Source of the DNA: Raillietiella orientalis
Lineage: Eukaryota
Assembly: GCA_036172245.1 (NCBI GenBank)
Contig: JAYWIR010000013.1
Span: forward strand, 3,348,001 to 3,412,000
Length of the DNA stretch: 64,000 nt
Direction of reading: 5' to 3'
The translations under genes were made by a program, and so were the position numbers. The notes under the pieces were generated by a model, which was not told the DNA's origin, searched no databases, and saw only the letters and a program-made list of their open reading frames with translations. Positions 1 to 13,500 of this stretch are shown here, piece by piece; the stretch's first letter is position 1; each line of letters opens with the position of its first letter.

Positions 1-156
1 GCCTTCTTCTTCCCGGTCCCCCCTTCTCTAACCTTACTGCTTCCCCCTCGAGACCCTCAGTCTCCGTTTTCAGGGACTTTGAGCGGAACCCAAGGGGTTT
101 CTTGCTCCCGCCCCGTCGCTGTCCGTTCCCATGGTTTCTCCACAGGCGTAGTGACG
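1..156. repeat. Dispersed diverged repeat, copy A (similar to 2256-2396)
   Basis: Shares ordered blocks gccttcttcttcccggt / cctcgag / ctcagtctccgttt / ggggttt / cccgccccg / gtccgttcc / ggcgtagtgacg with 2256-2396. Confidence 0.7.
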
Positions 157-358
157 TCGGCTCTCCTGCCTCCGAATAAGTCCCACTGCCTCGGGGTCTC
201 GCCGCCCCGGTCCTGGGAACTCGCCTGCTGACCACGGCCGGCGGCAACGGCTCACACTACTTGACCCCTTCGACCTCCTCCCTCCCCCTCCCAATCTCCG
301 TTCCCCCACCTCCTTGTTCGCCCTCCCGCCGCCTAGAGGCACCTTCGGCTGCTGATAG

Positions 359-1001
<643 letters not shown>

Positions 1002-1059
1002 AGCCCTCGGGCGCGCCCCTTGTGCCACATACGGCGGTCAGCTCAGCATTTCTTCGGAG

Positions 1060-1065
1060 AATAAA
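1060..1065 (+). terminator. Polyadenylation signal of Mp20-like gene
   Basis: AATAAA about 60 nt after the TGA, in otherwise GC-rich sequence. Confidence 0.6.
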
Positions 1066-2255
1066 AAGAAATGAAAAGCACCGCGGGCCCTGCCGGCCGC
1101 GGTGGCGGCGCGGCCGAGGGGAAAAAGGGCCCGTGCAGTCGATCCCGGACGTCCCGGGAAAAGGTCGTCTCTCCTTCCGCCAGACCTTCTCCGCTCGCGC
1201 CGATGCGGGAACGCGGGATCGTTCCAGCGCCTGGAGAGCTGCCGGAATCGAGCCGAGGACGACTCCTTCCCGAATGGCGCCGGCGTGCGGAGCAGGCGTC
1301 CACGAATGAGGGGGGAGGCGTCCGAGAAGAGGCAGCGGCGCCCTCGCGATGATCCTCGCCGCGCGCCGAGGATTTTCGCGCGGAGCTGCCCCGAAGTCCC
1401 TGGGGTGGAGGACGCTCTTCAGGACTCTCTCCTGCCGCCGCTTTCCCGATAGTCCCTCCCTCCGCCCCGGCCCCCCGGCTGAGAAGGAAGGGCTCTCGCT
1501 AACCGACGCGAGTGGAGGACGTGGAACGTCACTCCCCTCTTCCGCTGCCGCGTGCCGCCCGAGCCCGCGTCCCCAGGGGCGTAGCCATCGAAGGACGCGA
1601 CCCCACTTTCCCGTGCTCGGCGCTCCGTGATTGGTCAGGAAGGCATCTGAGCCGCGTGGCGATGCGGCGAGAGCACGAGCGTGGAAGCCCCGCGGCGGCG
1701 ACGAGGGTGAGTCCGGTCGTGTCTGACAAGGAGGAGGGAGTCGCCTCCAGGAGCAACCCAATGGCAGGTCCCGGCTCCCCGCACGGCAGAGAAGCCATCA
1801 GTTCCTTCGGGTGTTCCCCTCCTCCCAGCGGGGTGCTTCCTAGGAGCCTTCAGAGGCATGCTGGAGACCCGGGCTTCGTCGGCTGTTGCCTCCCGGATAG
1901 ACGGTTACGGGCGGCGTGCGAGAAAAGAGGAGGGGGAGGAGGAACCAGAGAGGCAGGGGGAGTGAGCAAGGGGAGCCATTTCCGGTTCCGAGTCACTCCG
2001 GGACGGAGGGAACTGGGACGCGCGGGAGGGGCCAGCGACGATGGGTTCCTGCAGGGACTCGGCAAGCGAGGACAGCGGCAAGGGAGCAGAGAGGGCACAG
2101 AAAGCTTCTAAACGCCCGCCGCGCCCGCTGGCTCCAAGGCTTCCCTTGGCCCGCGCGCCGAGGAGTAGGCGACTCCCCTTCCGGAGCAAGCGAGGGGTCC
2201 GCCCCACCCTCCCACTTCCTGTCTAGATCGAAGCGTTCACCGGGGGTGTACATCC

Positions 2256-2396
2256 GCCTTCTTCTTCCCGGTTCCCTCTTGGCTCACCTTCCTGATCCCT
2301 CCTCGAGGCTCTCAGTCTCCGTTTACGCGCGCAAACCGAGGGGTTTCCCGCCCCGCTCCGGTCCGTTCCTATGTTTTCAGCTCCGGCGTAGTGACG
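2256..2396. repeat. Dispersed diverged repeat, copy B (similar to 1-156)
   Basis: Same ordered blocks as 1-156, in direct orientation. Confidence 0.7.
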
Positions 2397-4544
2397 CTAT
2401 CCCTCGCCCTTCCCCACTTCTTCCCTGAAGGACCTCCTACGTTTCGGGCGAAATGAAGAACAAGCACGGATCACGTCCGACGTCAAGTGGGTGGCAGCAT
2501 CCCATAGGAAGACCCTTCGGAGCTCGCATCACAGTGCGTGTCGGCGGCGGAAACACGCGCGGCCCTGATTGTCCACATGCTGGTGGTCACTTTGATGTTT
2601 GCCAATAGGCCGAGAAGAGCCACGGTCACTGTGACCGTGGCATGCCGGGCGCGTGCTTCCGGTGAGTCGACGGGATTCGCCAAGAGAGAGAGAGAGCGTA
2701 CGCTCGGCGGCGCGCGCCTGAGCCATCGTCTTCCCGGACTGCCTGGCTTCCTTTTTCCGGGCACGGGATTGCCGCTGGCTGATCTCCTGCGCAAAACTCC
2801 CTTGCTCCGTTCCCTTCCCTTGGGGCGCGCATCGCGGGTCCGCGAGGCTTCCGGTCGAGTCGCTGCCGGGTGGCCTCCGCAGGCGGAAAGCAGCCCCGGG
2901 AAAGAGCCCGGAGAACCGCTCCCGTCGTCCGCGGAGGGCTCGGACGTGAAGACTACTCGTTCCGCGGAAGTTGGAAAGGTTCCCTAGCCTCCGACAATCC
3001 CCTGGCGACCCTCACGTGGCTGAAGAACGGAGGAAGAGATATCGCAGAAGAGCTGGGGCAGTAGCAGCTTCTGTGGTCCATGAGCGCGTCCCCTCCTGCA
3101 CTGCAAGAGCTGCCGGGAGATATGGCGGCAATCGACCGATAAACACGCGCATGTCCGTGAGCGAGGCACCTCGCGTATTATGAAACCGACAAACGACCAG
3201 CTGCGGACAACGTCCCATCCCTTTTCCCGCGTCTCCTGAAACGACAGCCGGGTCGCCGTCCTTCTCTGCCCCTCCTTCCATCCTCAACGAGCCATTCGCT
3301 TTGGGGTGAGCGCACGGAGAGGGGAGGTGGCAAGTCTGTGACGCGTCGAAGAGCACTGGCTCCCTCCTCTTTCGGTCCGACTGCTGTCGTCCACGGAACG
3401 TCTATCCTCAAGGGAACAAGATTTCCTCCCTAATGGGCACCCATCTCAACCTCCCTTCGCTAAACTCAGCCTCCATTCCGTGGGAGCTTTTGCGATCAAC
3501 CGGCGTGAAACTCTGGTTCCGCTCGCCTCCAGGACGCGACGCAAGAGCCCCTGGCTCTCTCCCTTCCTAGCCTTTCGGAAGAAGAGCGAAGTCCCCCTTG
3601 GACTCTATCTCCCCCTCCTTCCCTGACCTTTTCTTTCGACATCGCCTGCTCCTCAACTGCAGAGGAGAGAAAGAACCTGGAGGCGACTTCGTCGCCGAAC
3701 GGTCGTCCTTCGCTCTGTGCCTTCCCTTCCCCTCCCCCCTCAGAGATAACGGAGGGGACGCGACGTTCTTGTCCACGGAGATGTGTCGCGAGAGAGCACT
3801 TACGCATCGCGGTGAGGTCTCATCTAGGAGTCACGACTTCCAAGAATCTGTTGCTGCCCTTCTCTTGCTCCTTCTTCCTCCTTGTGCCTTTAGGAAATGT
3901 CGAGGTCCCCACTCCCTTGTTTATCGACCCATTCTTTCTTTCTTTTTTCTCCGGGAAGGAAGACACAAGGAGGGAAACAGGGTCAGCCCCTCTTGCACTT
4001 CGATGACCCTTGGCTCCTCTTCTTTCCCTCCCTTCCTACCTCCTCTGCCTCCGAGGCCACGAAAAGTCTTCCGGCGCTCTTTTCTGATGAGTCACGAAAC
4101 CACCGCCAGGAGCCGCCGCCCGAGGCGGTGACGCGAAAAGCGCAGCGAGTCAGAAGGGGCTCCGCCTAAGTGTCATCCAAAGACACCGCCTCCGTGCAGC
4201 GGTGCTCCGCCCAACACTGGCACGATGGAGAAAGGTCGCGACGACTCTTCCCGTCAAGAAAGTTCCCAGGTTCAGTAATCCTTTGCTTGCTCTCCTATTC
4301 ACCACCTGGAGGGAGCGGGAAGAGGGAAAGCGGGGGGTCCTGATGGGTCCTCTTCCTCCTCCACCGAGGAGGGGGAGGAAGAGGATGCCGGTCCGTCCAA
4401 GCCCGAATGTCTCCTGAAAGAAGGGACGAGCGTGCGAGGCTGGCGAGGACGCCGGCGGCGCGCCCCTGAAAGAGAGGCGGTGTCCCCTCGCTGCATGCGC
4501 GCGAGCGCGCGCACGCGCGTTCTCCTTCCTGCCGCGTCTCTTCC

Positions 4545-4550
4545 TTTATT
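4545..4550 (-). terminator. Probable polyadenylation signal of sim
   Basis: TTTATT on + (AATAAA on -) 30 nt downstream of the sim stop. Confidence 0.5.
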
Positions 4551-4580
4551 CGGTACGAAAAATAAGGCGGCTGTGGGGGC

Positions 4581-7500
4581 TCAGTGCACGTACTCGTGCA
4601 GGTATGGCGCTTCGATGGTGTTGCTGCTGGGGCAGTATCCCTTGTCGGGAGGCGCGGAAAAGTTCAGGCAGGGGTGCGCCGGGCTGAAGGGAACCGGGTG
4701 CTCGCTCCCGGAGAGCATGGCGTTGCCTCCTCCGCACGGTCCGGAAGGCTGCTCCTGCTGCAGGCGACGAAGCAGGACGCAGCCTCCCCCAGAGCCCCGA
4801 AGGGCCAGTCCGTCGGCCATGGAGAGAAACTGCGCGAAGGAGGCGCCACCAGCTAGCGGGTGCTTGCATCCGCCACCGCCTCCGCTGTCGCCAGCCAGCG
4901 GGCTCCGGTGACGTCCGGAGGAAGGGTCCCTACCACTGCACACCTCGGGGCTGACGTTCAGAGTGAGTCTCTCCTTCAGCTTGCACGTGATCTGGTCGCA
5001 GGGGAGGTCCTCCTTCCACTTGGATTCCAAGGGGGTGCCCTCTGAGGCGGTTGCGCGCATGCGGCAGCGCCCCAGAAAAAGGTCACCGACGAGGAAAGGC
5101 AACTCCCCGGTTCGTTCCGCGCAAGAGGGGGGGGACAGTTCCATGCGGTCGTCCGGCCGTGAGCCGAATCCCATGTCTTGGTTCATCTTGACCAGTTTGT
5201 CCATCGTCACTGTCTTTCCGGAAGGAGGAGGTTGCTGCTGCTGCGCAGATCCGCCGACGACGCCGTTGGTGGGTACCAGGGGGACGTCTCCGTTGCGCTC
5301 CCTCGCATAGGGACTCGCTCGGAAGCGGCAACGGGGGACGTTGCGCATCTTGCACAGGGAGGTGACGTCGCTGCTGTAGTGGCGACTTTTGTCGAAGCCA
5401 CTGAAGGTCTGCTCCAGGCTCAGCTGCATGTCCTTCTGCTCGCAGGAGCTGTGGACAAGGAACAGAGAGAGAGGCAGAGAGAGGAGGAGGAGCTTCGAGG
5501 CACCAACGCGGGCGAAGGCAGCGCAGTGCTTGGAGTCGCGAAACGTCGCGTTCTCGCTCGATCTCCCTCAGAAGCTGCGACCGCAAGAACGACGAGAGAG
5601 AGGGCGATAATGAAGAGGAGGAGGTGGTGGTCATGCGCGCAGGTTCGCTCCCTTGCCCAGGGTTTCGCATTTCCCTGACCGAGGGGGTGAACGACGACAA
5701 TTAGCCGACAGAGGTGGAGACCCTTCTTCCAGACGTCCATTGAACACTGCGATGTCTTCATCCCGGGAATCTGAGGACCCGGGGTGAGCAGATGACTTAC
5801 ATCGCTCGGTTCTCTGTTCTTCCCCATCGAAATCCTCCGGTTTTTGGAAGGGGAAGAGGAAGGGGGTTTCTACATTCATCTCAAAGCCACTAGTCAGCAG
5901 ATGGATTGATAAGGCGTTTCCCGGACCGCTTCTCGCGCGGCCGCAGCTCCTGCTTTGCACTCGAGGGGTCAGGGGACACGGAAGGCGCGCGAGCGGGCCA
6001 GAGAGCGGGCTCGTGAAACTTGCGCAAGAAGGCGAGCTTGAAGCAGCCCATTCCGCACGAATCCACCTGGCTGGACAGCCGCATCTTGTCTGCTGCTGAC
6101 GTCAGACCGCGCCGCAGTTGGTCCAAGGACAGACTCATTGGCGCCCCGCAGAGCCACGCACGCGCGTTTCCGCACCCCATTCAGGAAGTTCGGGTTGCCA
6201 TGCAACCCGAGCTTCCTGCACCAGGGCGAGCGTGCCGCCTACCGACCGGAATCGCGCAGGCGACAGTGGCGCAGGAGTGCACAGTTTCTCTCGGTGGACG
6301 GCCAGCGCACTGGCAAAAGAATCTTCCACTTGCGCCAGTGCGTTGGATCCGTGACCGCATCCGCCGACGCTGCACTTCATGAAGATCGCACTCGCGCGTG
6401 TCCTAGAGGAAAGGGCTCGCCTGGAGTTCGTGAGCTTGATGGCTCAAAAAGAAAAGCCGTTCCACCGGTTCACCACGAGCTCGCCACTGCCGCCGCGTTC
6501 TCGGGACACGGGGGTGGAAAGGGTGTCAGGACACGGCCGCACGCCCCCAGAGAGGAAAGTGGGGATAGTCGCACTGTGGTCGTGGGATCCGGACGATCCC
6601 TGCCTGTTCTTTCCCGTGCTCCTTCAATAGTGACCTTGACATGGGAGTCATTCCGACTCTACCAAGAAATACTCCGGGGACTTTCCGATGGCAGCGCACA
6701 TCTCTTGGATGAAACGAAGCTTCCTGATCTCCGCACGGATCAGCGTGTGGATGGAGAACGAGACGGCGCGCCCATCCTTCCTCCCCCTCCTTCCTTTCCC
6801 CTTGCGATTCTCTTCCGAAACATCAAGAACGCGCGCGCAAGACACAAACCTGAGTACGTAGTTTATGCTGACGATGCAGTGTGGTCTTGAGGACCGGCTA
6901 TTGTGGATGATGGTGGCATAGCTTTGCATCCACGCCCATCCTCCGTATTTGGTCAGGAAACGGTAGTACTGCGTCGTGACCTGTCCTTTGTACAGCACTG
7001 AAACGGGAAGAGAGTGATTCATCCTGCCGCTCAGTCTTCCGGACATGGTACATGCGCAAGAGAAACGCCTGCTCGGCATTTCGAACCGAGGTCCCTTCTC
7101 CTCAACAACGCCTCCATTTCTCGCGAAGGCTCCTTTCTGGGAGGATCGAGAAGCATCCACCGTCCTCTCGGAATGTTTCATCTGGCTACTTAGTGCTCTT
7201 TCCAGGGTGGAAGATCTCTTTCAAAACATCCCAGCCCCCTTCTCCTCCCGAGGAAAGCCCACTCAGGGCTTGCTGTGCTCGGGAGCATGGCGAGAAAGAT
7301 TGCGATGATGGGGGGGGGAGGGACCACCGCCGCTGAGGAGGAGGGATAGCATGTCTGTGGGAGGCTCCAATAGATGTCAGCTGGAGTGAAGTACGGAGGT
7401 CCCTGGATAAACGTGCTCGGTACGTTGAGGCAAACGAGAAAACGTGCGAAGGAGCACCCCAGGATGGTGCTGCAGCTGCCTCTCTCTTCCCTCTATTTGT

Positions 7501-10500
7501 CCCCATGATGGTTTCTCTCTGTTCCACGGAACTGCTGCCTGTACACAAGGTCCATGCATACGCATATGAAGCGAAACCGCCTCCTCTTCCTCCGCCACGA
7601 GTGGGCTGCAGGCATGATTCGGAGACCCCCCTTCCCCCGGCTCGTAGGCTCTTGCGTGCGATGCTACCACCAATACAGCTGACCTTCCGCATCGGCTTAT
7701 TCTCGTCCCCAATTCCCCGCGAAGAGTGTGGGCAAGGATGAAAGTCCCTGCGCGTGCGCTCGGGCCAAAAAGGGTGCAAAGGCCACAGAGCTGGAGCAAC
7801 CACCGAGGGGTCTCGAGTGACCTCACGTGTTCCGGGTGCGGCTGGAAGCGGCACTGACGGCGCCTGGAATACACGCGTGTCTCCTCCCGAAAGACGAGCA
7901 TCGGCAGAAGACTCGGCAGTGATGGATCGAAGGGCATGAATGAGGAGGGAAGCGGAAGGAGGGATTTTCTCGACATTTTGACTCTCGTCGAGTCACGTTA
8001 GGAAGCAGCCATGGCGACGTCCGGTGACGCCATGTGGAGATCCCGGGAACGAGGGCGATAGTGATGCAAAAATTCCAAAGAAAGGCCAGTCGTGAGGAAG
8101 TCGGCGAAAGATGACGGTGGGGAGGCCGAGGCGCTGCAGCTTTTCACGGCAATCGATCGAACCGTTGCGCATTGCTGGAGGTGGAAGCGAAGATGGTTCG
8201 AGTTTCCATGGGAACACCCTGCATCGTTAATAGTGGATGAAACTGAGTTCTCGCAGACTTCCTCAGCGCCTCTCTGGGCCGTAGAAAGCAAACCCGAGAT
8301 TATGCGGGCCCGACTGAAGAAAACTCGAAGGAGCGGTCCCTGGTTGTCATGGACGTGTCTGCCGTCTTGAGGAGACATCGGACTCCAGGAGTGAAGAAAA
8401 TCTCCTGAAGTATGGGCTGACTGTTGCGAAGGGATGAATAAGGGAAGGAGAGGGTGTGCAGGAACGGAAGAAGGGCCACTGTTTCTGGTTGCGAACTGAC
8501 CACTCCCGCTGGTGGTGCTTCGAGTCCTCTCCCGGGAGTCCGTTCGCGGGAATCGCTCTTCCGTGTGGACCCGATTTTTTTTTTCCCCCCAGTGCAATAA
8601 CGCTCCTTGCAAGAACGTCCTTGCTGCTGCCCTCTGCCCCTTTTTACCCTTCGGAGTACGTGCGCACGCAGCCCCCCGCGCTTACTTTCTCGCCGTCGTG
8701 CCTACGCGCGCAAACTTACGCGTCGTGTGAGCTTGTCGGATGGCCATGACGTCGCTTCCGTGGACATAATGGTACAGCGTCTTCTCGATGAGATCCTGGG
8801 GCTCGTAGCCTGTCAGCTGGAGAACCCTGAGAAAGGGGAGGGAGAGGAATGGAGGGAGGAGGGAGAGGAAGGGGGAACGGAGGCGGGAGGAGAAAGTGGG
8901 GGCAACAAGTTCCCTCCCTTCTCCTGCGGTCCCTTACCCCTTCCAACGGGAACCTGCCTACCTGGTGTCCAAGAATATGAGCCTCATGTCCAGGCTGGCG
9001 CGGAACATGAACATGTTTGAGTGCAGTTTGATCTCGGTGACGGCTGAGGGGGGTAAAGAGTGTCCCATGGCCACCAGACCCACACTCTGGAAGCAGCTGC
9101 CACCGCCTCCGCCGCTGCCGCTGCCCCCGTATGTCCCCGACGCCAGGTCGGCTCGCCGCACCTTCAGGTAGCCTCCGCAGTGGATAACCTGCGGCATCAG
9201 AAGCGCTCTGCTCCATTTCTGCTTCTATCCAGGGGAGGGTGGGGAAAAGGGGGAAGATGAGTAGACTGCGTGACGTAGAGGGAGTGAGGCGGAAACAGGA
9301 GGAGGAGATTCCGAGAAAACAAAGGACACAGATGCTGGACGTCGTCTAGAGGGGCGGACGGACGGATGCTGCCGCTGAGGAGACCGAAGGGGGGGAAGTA
9401 CCCCTAGCAGAAAAGAGCATCCTTTCTCTTACATAGAGACAGAGATGTCCTTCCTCCCTCGCACGAGATTCCCACTCCCACGTTCTCTAGCTCTGTCTTC
9501 TCCCCACCCCCTACCTTGTATCCAGAGGTCGTCAGCCCCGCGTTCCTTTTGGCCAGCACGCACTTCATACGGATGAAGAACTTCCTGCCCAGCTCTCCAT
9601 CTGGAAGGGACAGCCGTCAGGAAGGGGATGAGGATGGGGGAGATGCGGGAGTGCGCAGAGGAATCCTTCGCACCTGAGACCATCCCGTTCGTGGGCAGGG
9701 AAGGGTCCAGGGACAGAACCCCGTTCATCTCCTCGTGATCTCCAGGGTGGACGTACTCGTAAATGCTGTTTCCCGTGAGCTCCACCTGGAAGCAGGAAAA
9801 GCGGGCCAGTCCCTCTCATCCCTTCAGCCGTCCCGTACCTTTCCCCTTTCTTTCCTTGCTCCCCCCATGCCCTCCGGTTTTCCCTGTCCACCTACGATGG
9901 CAAGCGAGGGAACTGCGCTCAGGTTTGCCCCCTCTACCCGAGTTCCTTTCCGTGGCGAGGGACTCCCTGAGGAAGTGAGAGAGAAGTGAAGGACGTTTCG
10001 CTCTTCCAGCTTCTCCCGGAGCAAACGCGCATTGGGATGGGAGCCCGATCCCCGGACGCGAGAGACAGAGCTCCACGATTGCATGCAAAGGACCTTCACG
10101 GGAGAACTCAGGGCCGGCCCTTCTCGCCGCCTCCTACAGTAGGGGAATACGCGTGACCTTGATAATTCACGCGTCGATGGTCGCTGGGACCGCGGCGTGA
10201 CGGACGCGTGCTTTCGGCTGGTCTGCAGGATTCACCAAGAGAGCACATGCACACTGAGTAGCGCATTCCGTGTCCACGGCAGAGAGGAGCAGCCGTTCTG
10301 CGGTCAGGCGCAGATGAGTGAGACGTGGATACAGAGCATGCGGGAAAGGAAGACGAGGATGGAACCGTCTGGAGCCGTCAGTGCATCGCGCCCAATTCTG
10401 AGCCTTTCTGAGCCTCTTGGTGCAGTACGCTCTTGTGCTTCTGGCTGCCCTCCTCAAATTCATCTCCCGTGTCGCGTGCTCCCCTTTGGGAGGGCTAAAA

Positions 10501-13500
10501 AGCTAGGATGAAAGCGGGGTAAAGGAGTCCGTCCTTCGGGATGGCAAAAAGGGAGCTAATCGACGGTCCCCGCTGACGGCTCCCACAGCTGCAATCCCTT
10601 CGGTCGCAAGGTGTCACCCGCCTTCCCGGAGAAGTTAGATGCTACCTGCAGAGAGGATGCAGGCTCGTCTAGCGAGCTCGATGAAGTTGCCAGAGGGTGT
10701 TTGTGGGGGGAGGGGGAAGGGGGGATGAACGCACAGAGCCAATCGTATCCAGCGACCACACCAGCAGGATCTTTTGCGTGGGTCGACAGAGGAAAGAGCC
10801 AACCAGCGAGGATTCCCGAAAACGACAGTCGCGCAGGGGGGACCAACAGTCAGAACCCCCCCCCCCTCACTTCCTTTCTCCCTGAGGCGCAGAAATCCTC
10901 CTGGTGGAATCTTCCACCAGGAGGGTACCCGTAGCCCTTCCATCCGAGAGAAGAGGGAAGGAGGGAGATGGGGGCAAAGGCTGATCTTCTGGTGCAGGGA
11001 GCCAACCTCCGAGAGCCACCTCCTCCTCCTGCGCGCCCGAGGCTTCCTTTCGGCCGAATCGGCGCTCCATCATATAAAGGGGGCCATAAATTCTGATGCG
11101 GCCGTCGTGCTCACCTCGCGGGCGGCGCGCGTGAAAATTTATGGTTCTAGGAGTCGGGAGAGGAGCGGTGACGGGAGGGCTTGCGGAAACCACGGTGACG
11201 GGTCCCGCGACCTTCGTAATCCCCTTGATCGCTCCATCTTGTAGGTGGGATCTTTTTCTCCTCTCTCTCCCTTTTTACCCCTCCCCTCCTTTTGCCACAA
11301 CCTCCTCTTTCGCCTCGCAGTTGACATCTTCGGCGACGTCCTTCCAAGAGCGTCCTTCCAAGCGCGCTCCTCTGCGAGGAGCATGAGCGACCGTCCATCC
11401 TGACGACGGCGGCGGCCGCCAACGATTGCCAAGAGCGCCTTCCCAGCCGCGCAGTCGGGAGAGGAGAGGGAAGGGGCGGTGGCAGCGCGGACGAACATCC
11501 ACGAACCGATGGGACCCCGCGCGGCCCTCTCCAGTGAGGCCGCTCCCTCTCCTTCCTCGCGAAATCCGGGAACGCGGATTTACTGCTAAAATATGCGATC
11601 CTAAAGAGGATCGCGTCGCCGGGGATACGCACCCCGGAGATTTGCGGCCGCGAGAAGTCCGCTTTGCATCCATAATGTAATCTGGAGATGGGAGCGCCTC
11701 CCCGCGAAATCCCACTGCAAATATTTGCTCCCAGTTTCCGACTCTTCGCGAAGGAATTGCTGTTGCCATCCCCTCCGTTGAAGGCGCGCGGTCACGCTCG
11801 CTCCTCCTCAGCTGCAGAGCCGAACGAGGAGCAGCGGCTCCTGCAGGCTTAGGTTTCGTGGAGGCGCGACCTCCTCCTGACCTCCTCCTGCTGAGGGACG
11901 GTGGCGCGGACACGAGCGCCCACGGAGCACCGGCTCTCCATACGTTTCTTCTTCTGCCCCATTCCTGCCCGACCGCAGAAAGGCTGCACGGAGCCCGCTC
12001 GTCTCCAAAGGGGAGGGCGGAGGACGGTCCTGAATTAGGGATTACGGAGGTCGCAGGGGCCCGTCACCATGGTTTCCGCGAGTTCTCCCGTCACTGTTCC
12101 GAAATTCCCCTAGCGTGCGACTCTCCTCCCTCTCCCCTGAAAAAACGGGCGTTGGACTTTCTTCCGGCGCCTCTTGCCCGGGAGGCTCCCAACTCTCGCG
12201 CTGAGCGAGAGGGAGATCCTATCCCCCCCGTTTCCTTGACGACTGACTAGGTTCCTGCCGTCGGAAGAACCTCCTCTCTCACCCTCACGTTTGCCAGCTA
12301 TAGGGTGTTTCGGAGGCGATGGCTGCAGGACCATTCCGACAACTTTCTTCTCTCTTCTGCTCCTGCAGACAGGGTGAGTGCGTCCACCCAGCGCCGGCTC
12401 TATCGACGGCAGCAGCGGCGGGAAAAGAAAGAGCTTTCGTACGCGCGCGTCGCCCTTGGGACGGAGGGGTCACCGTCTCAGAGGCAATCGACGTCGCCAG
12501 GGAAGGAAGGGGCAGTTGCTCCCTCATGCCCGGAACCGATCCTGCGCTTCCGGAAGGGCGTGAAATATCGCGCGGCTCTGCAGGCAAGCGTGACGCGTGC
12601 GCCAAGCGTCACTCCCTCCCTCCGTTCCCTCGGGAAGGAAGGGGGGGGGGAGGGAGGGAAAGGAGGAAATTCCCTGTTTCTACTCGCTCCCCTTTCCGAG
12701 GACCAGTTCTCGGGTCCCCGTCTCCTTCCCGACATCCTCCAGGAATCAGATAGAGGGGTCTCGCCACCTGCCCTGAAGGAGAGACGCCGAGTCGTGCAGG
12801 CGCTGCACCACCTCCTGACCTCATCCGGAAAAGACGTTGTTGACAGAGGAAGCCGAGCGGAAGGAGACGCAGTTCTCCCAGCATTCCACCGCCTACCCCC
12901 GTTCTCCTCCGTCCCGCGAGCAGCTTCTCGGTCCCGTGACCTTTGTGGCACCAGGAACTCAGTAGGACGCAGATTCCAGGAGAGAAGGCCGTAAGAAGAA
13001 GCGCGCACTCCCAGCAGACTTGATGAGCGACGGCGCGACCCTTGGTCCGGGTTCGCGCCCCGAGATCGCCTCTATAGATCGACCCTTCTTCACCCCTCTT
13101 TCCCTTCACCCCTTTGTTTTCCCTGTTGTTCCGGGAGACAGCACAGAACCTGACCATCACCGCCACAAGCATCATTATCATCAAGCACTATTACGGCCCG
13201 AAAGCGGGAAGGGCCCATCTTGCGAGCCTGGAACCAGCGTGTCCACTGGGCGGACATTCGCGAACCGTCTCATACGTGGGTGTTCTGTAGGGAAGGGGAG
13301 TAGGGCGTCCGTGGGAATTCTTCTTTCCGGAGGGACGACGTGCTTTGCGGGACGGCCTCCCTGCACAGCCGCTCTTCCCCTCTTCCTCCTCCGGAAAGTC
13401 GAAGACCCGGATGTCCCGGTGAGGAAGAGAGAAACTCCCTTTGGAACGGGGTGGCTCTTGCCAATCTTCCCGAGAAAGGGGTCCTCCCCATTCTCCGGAG

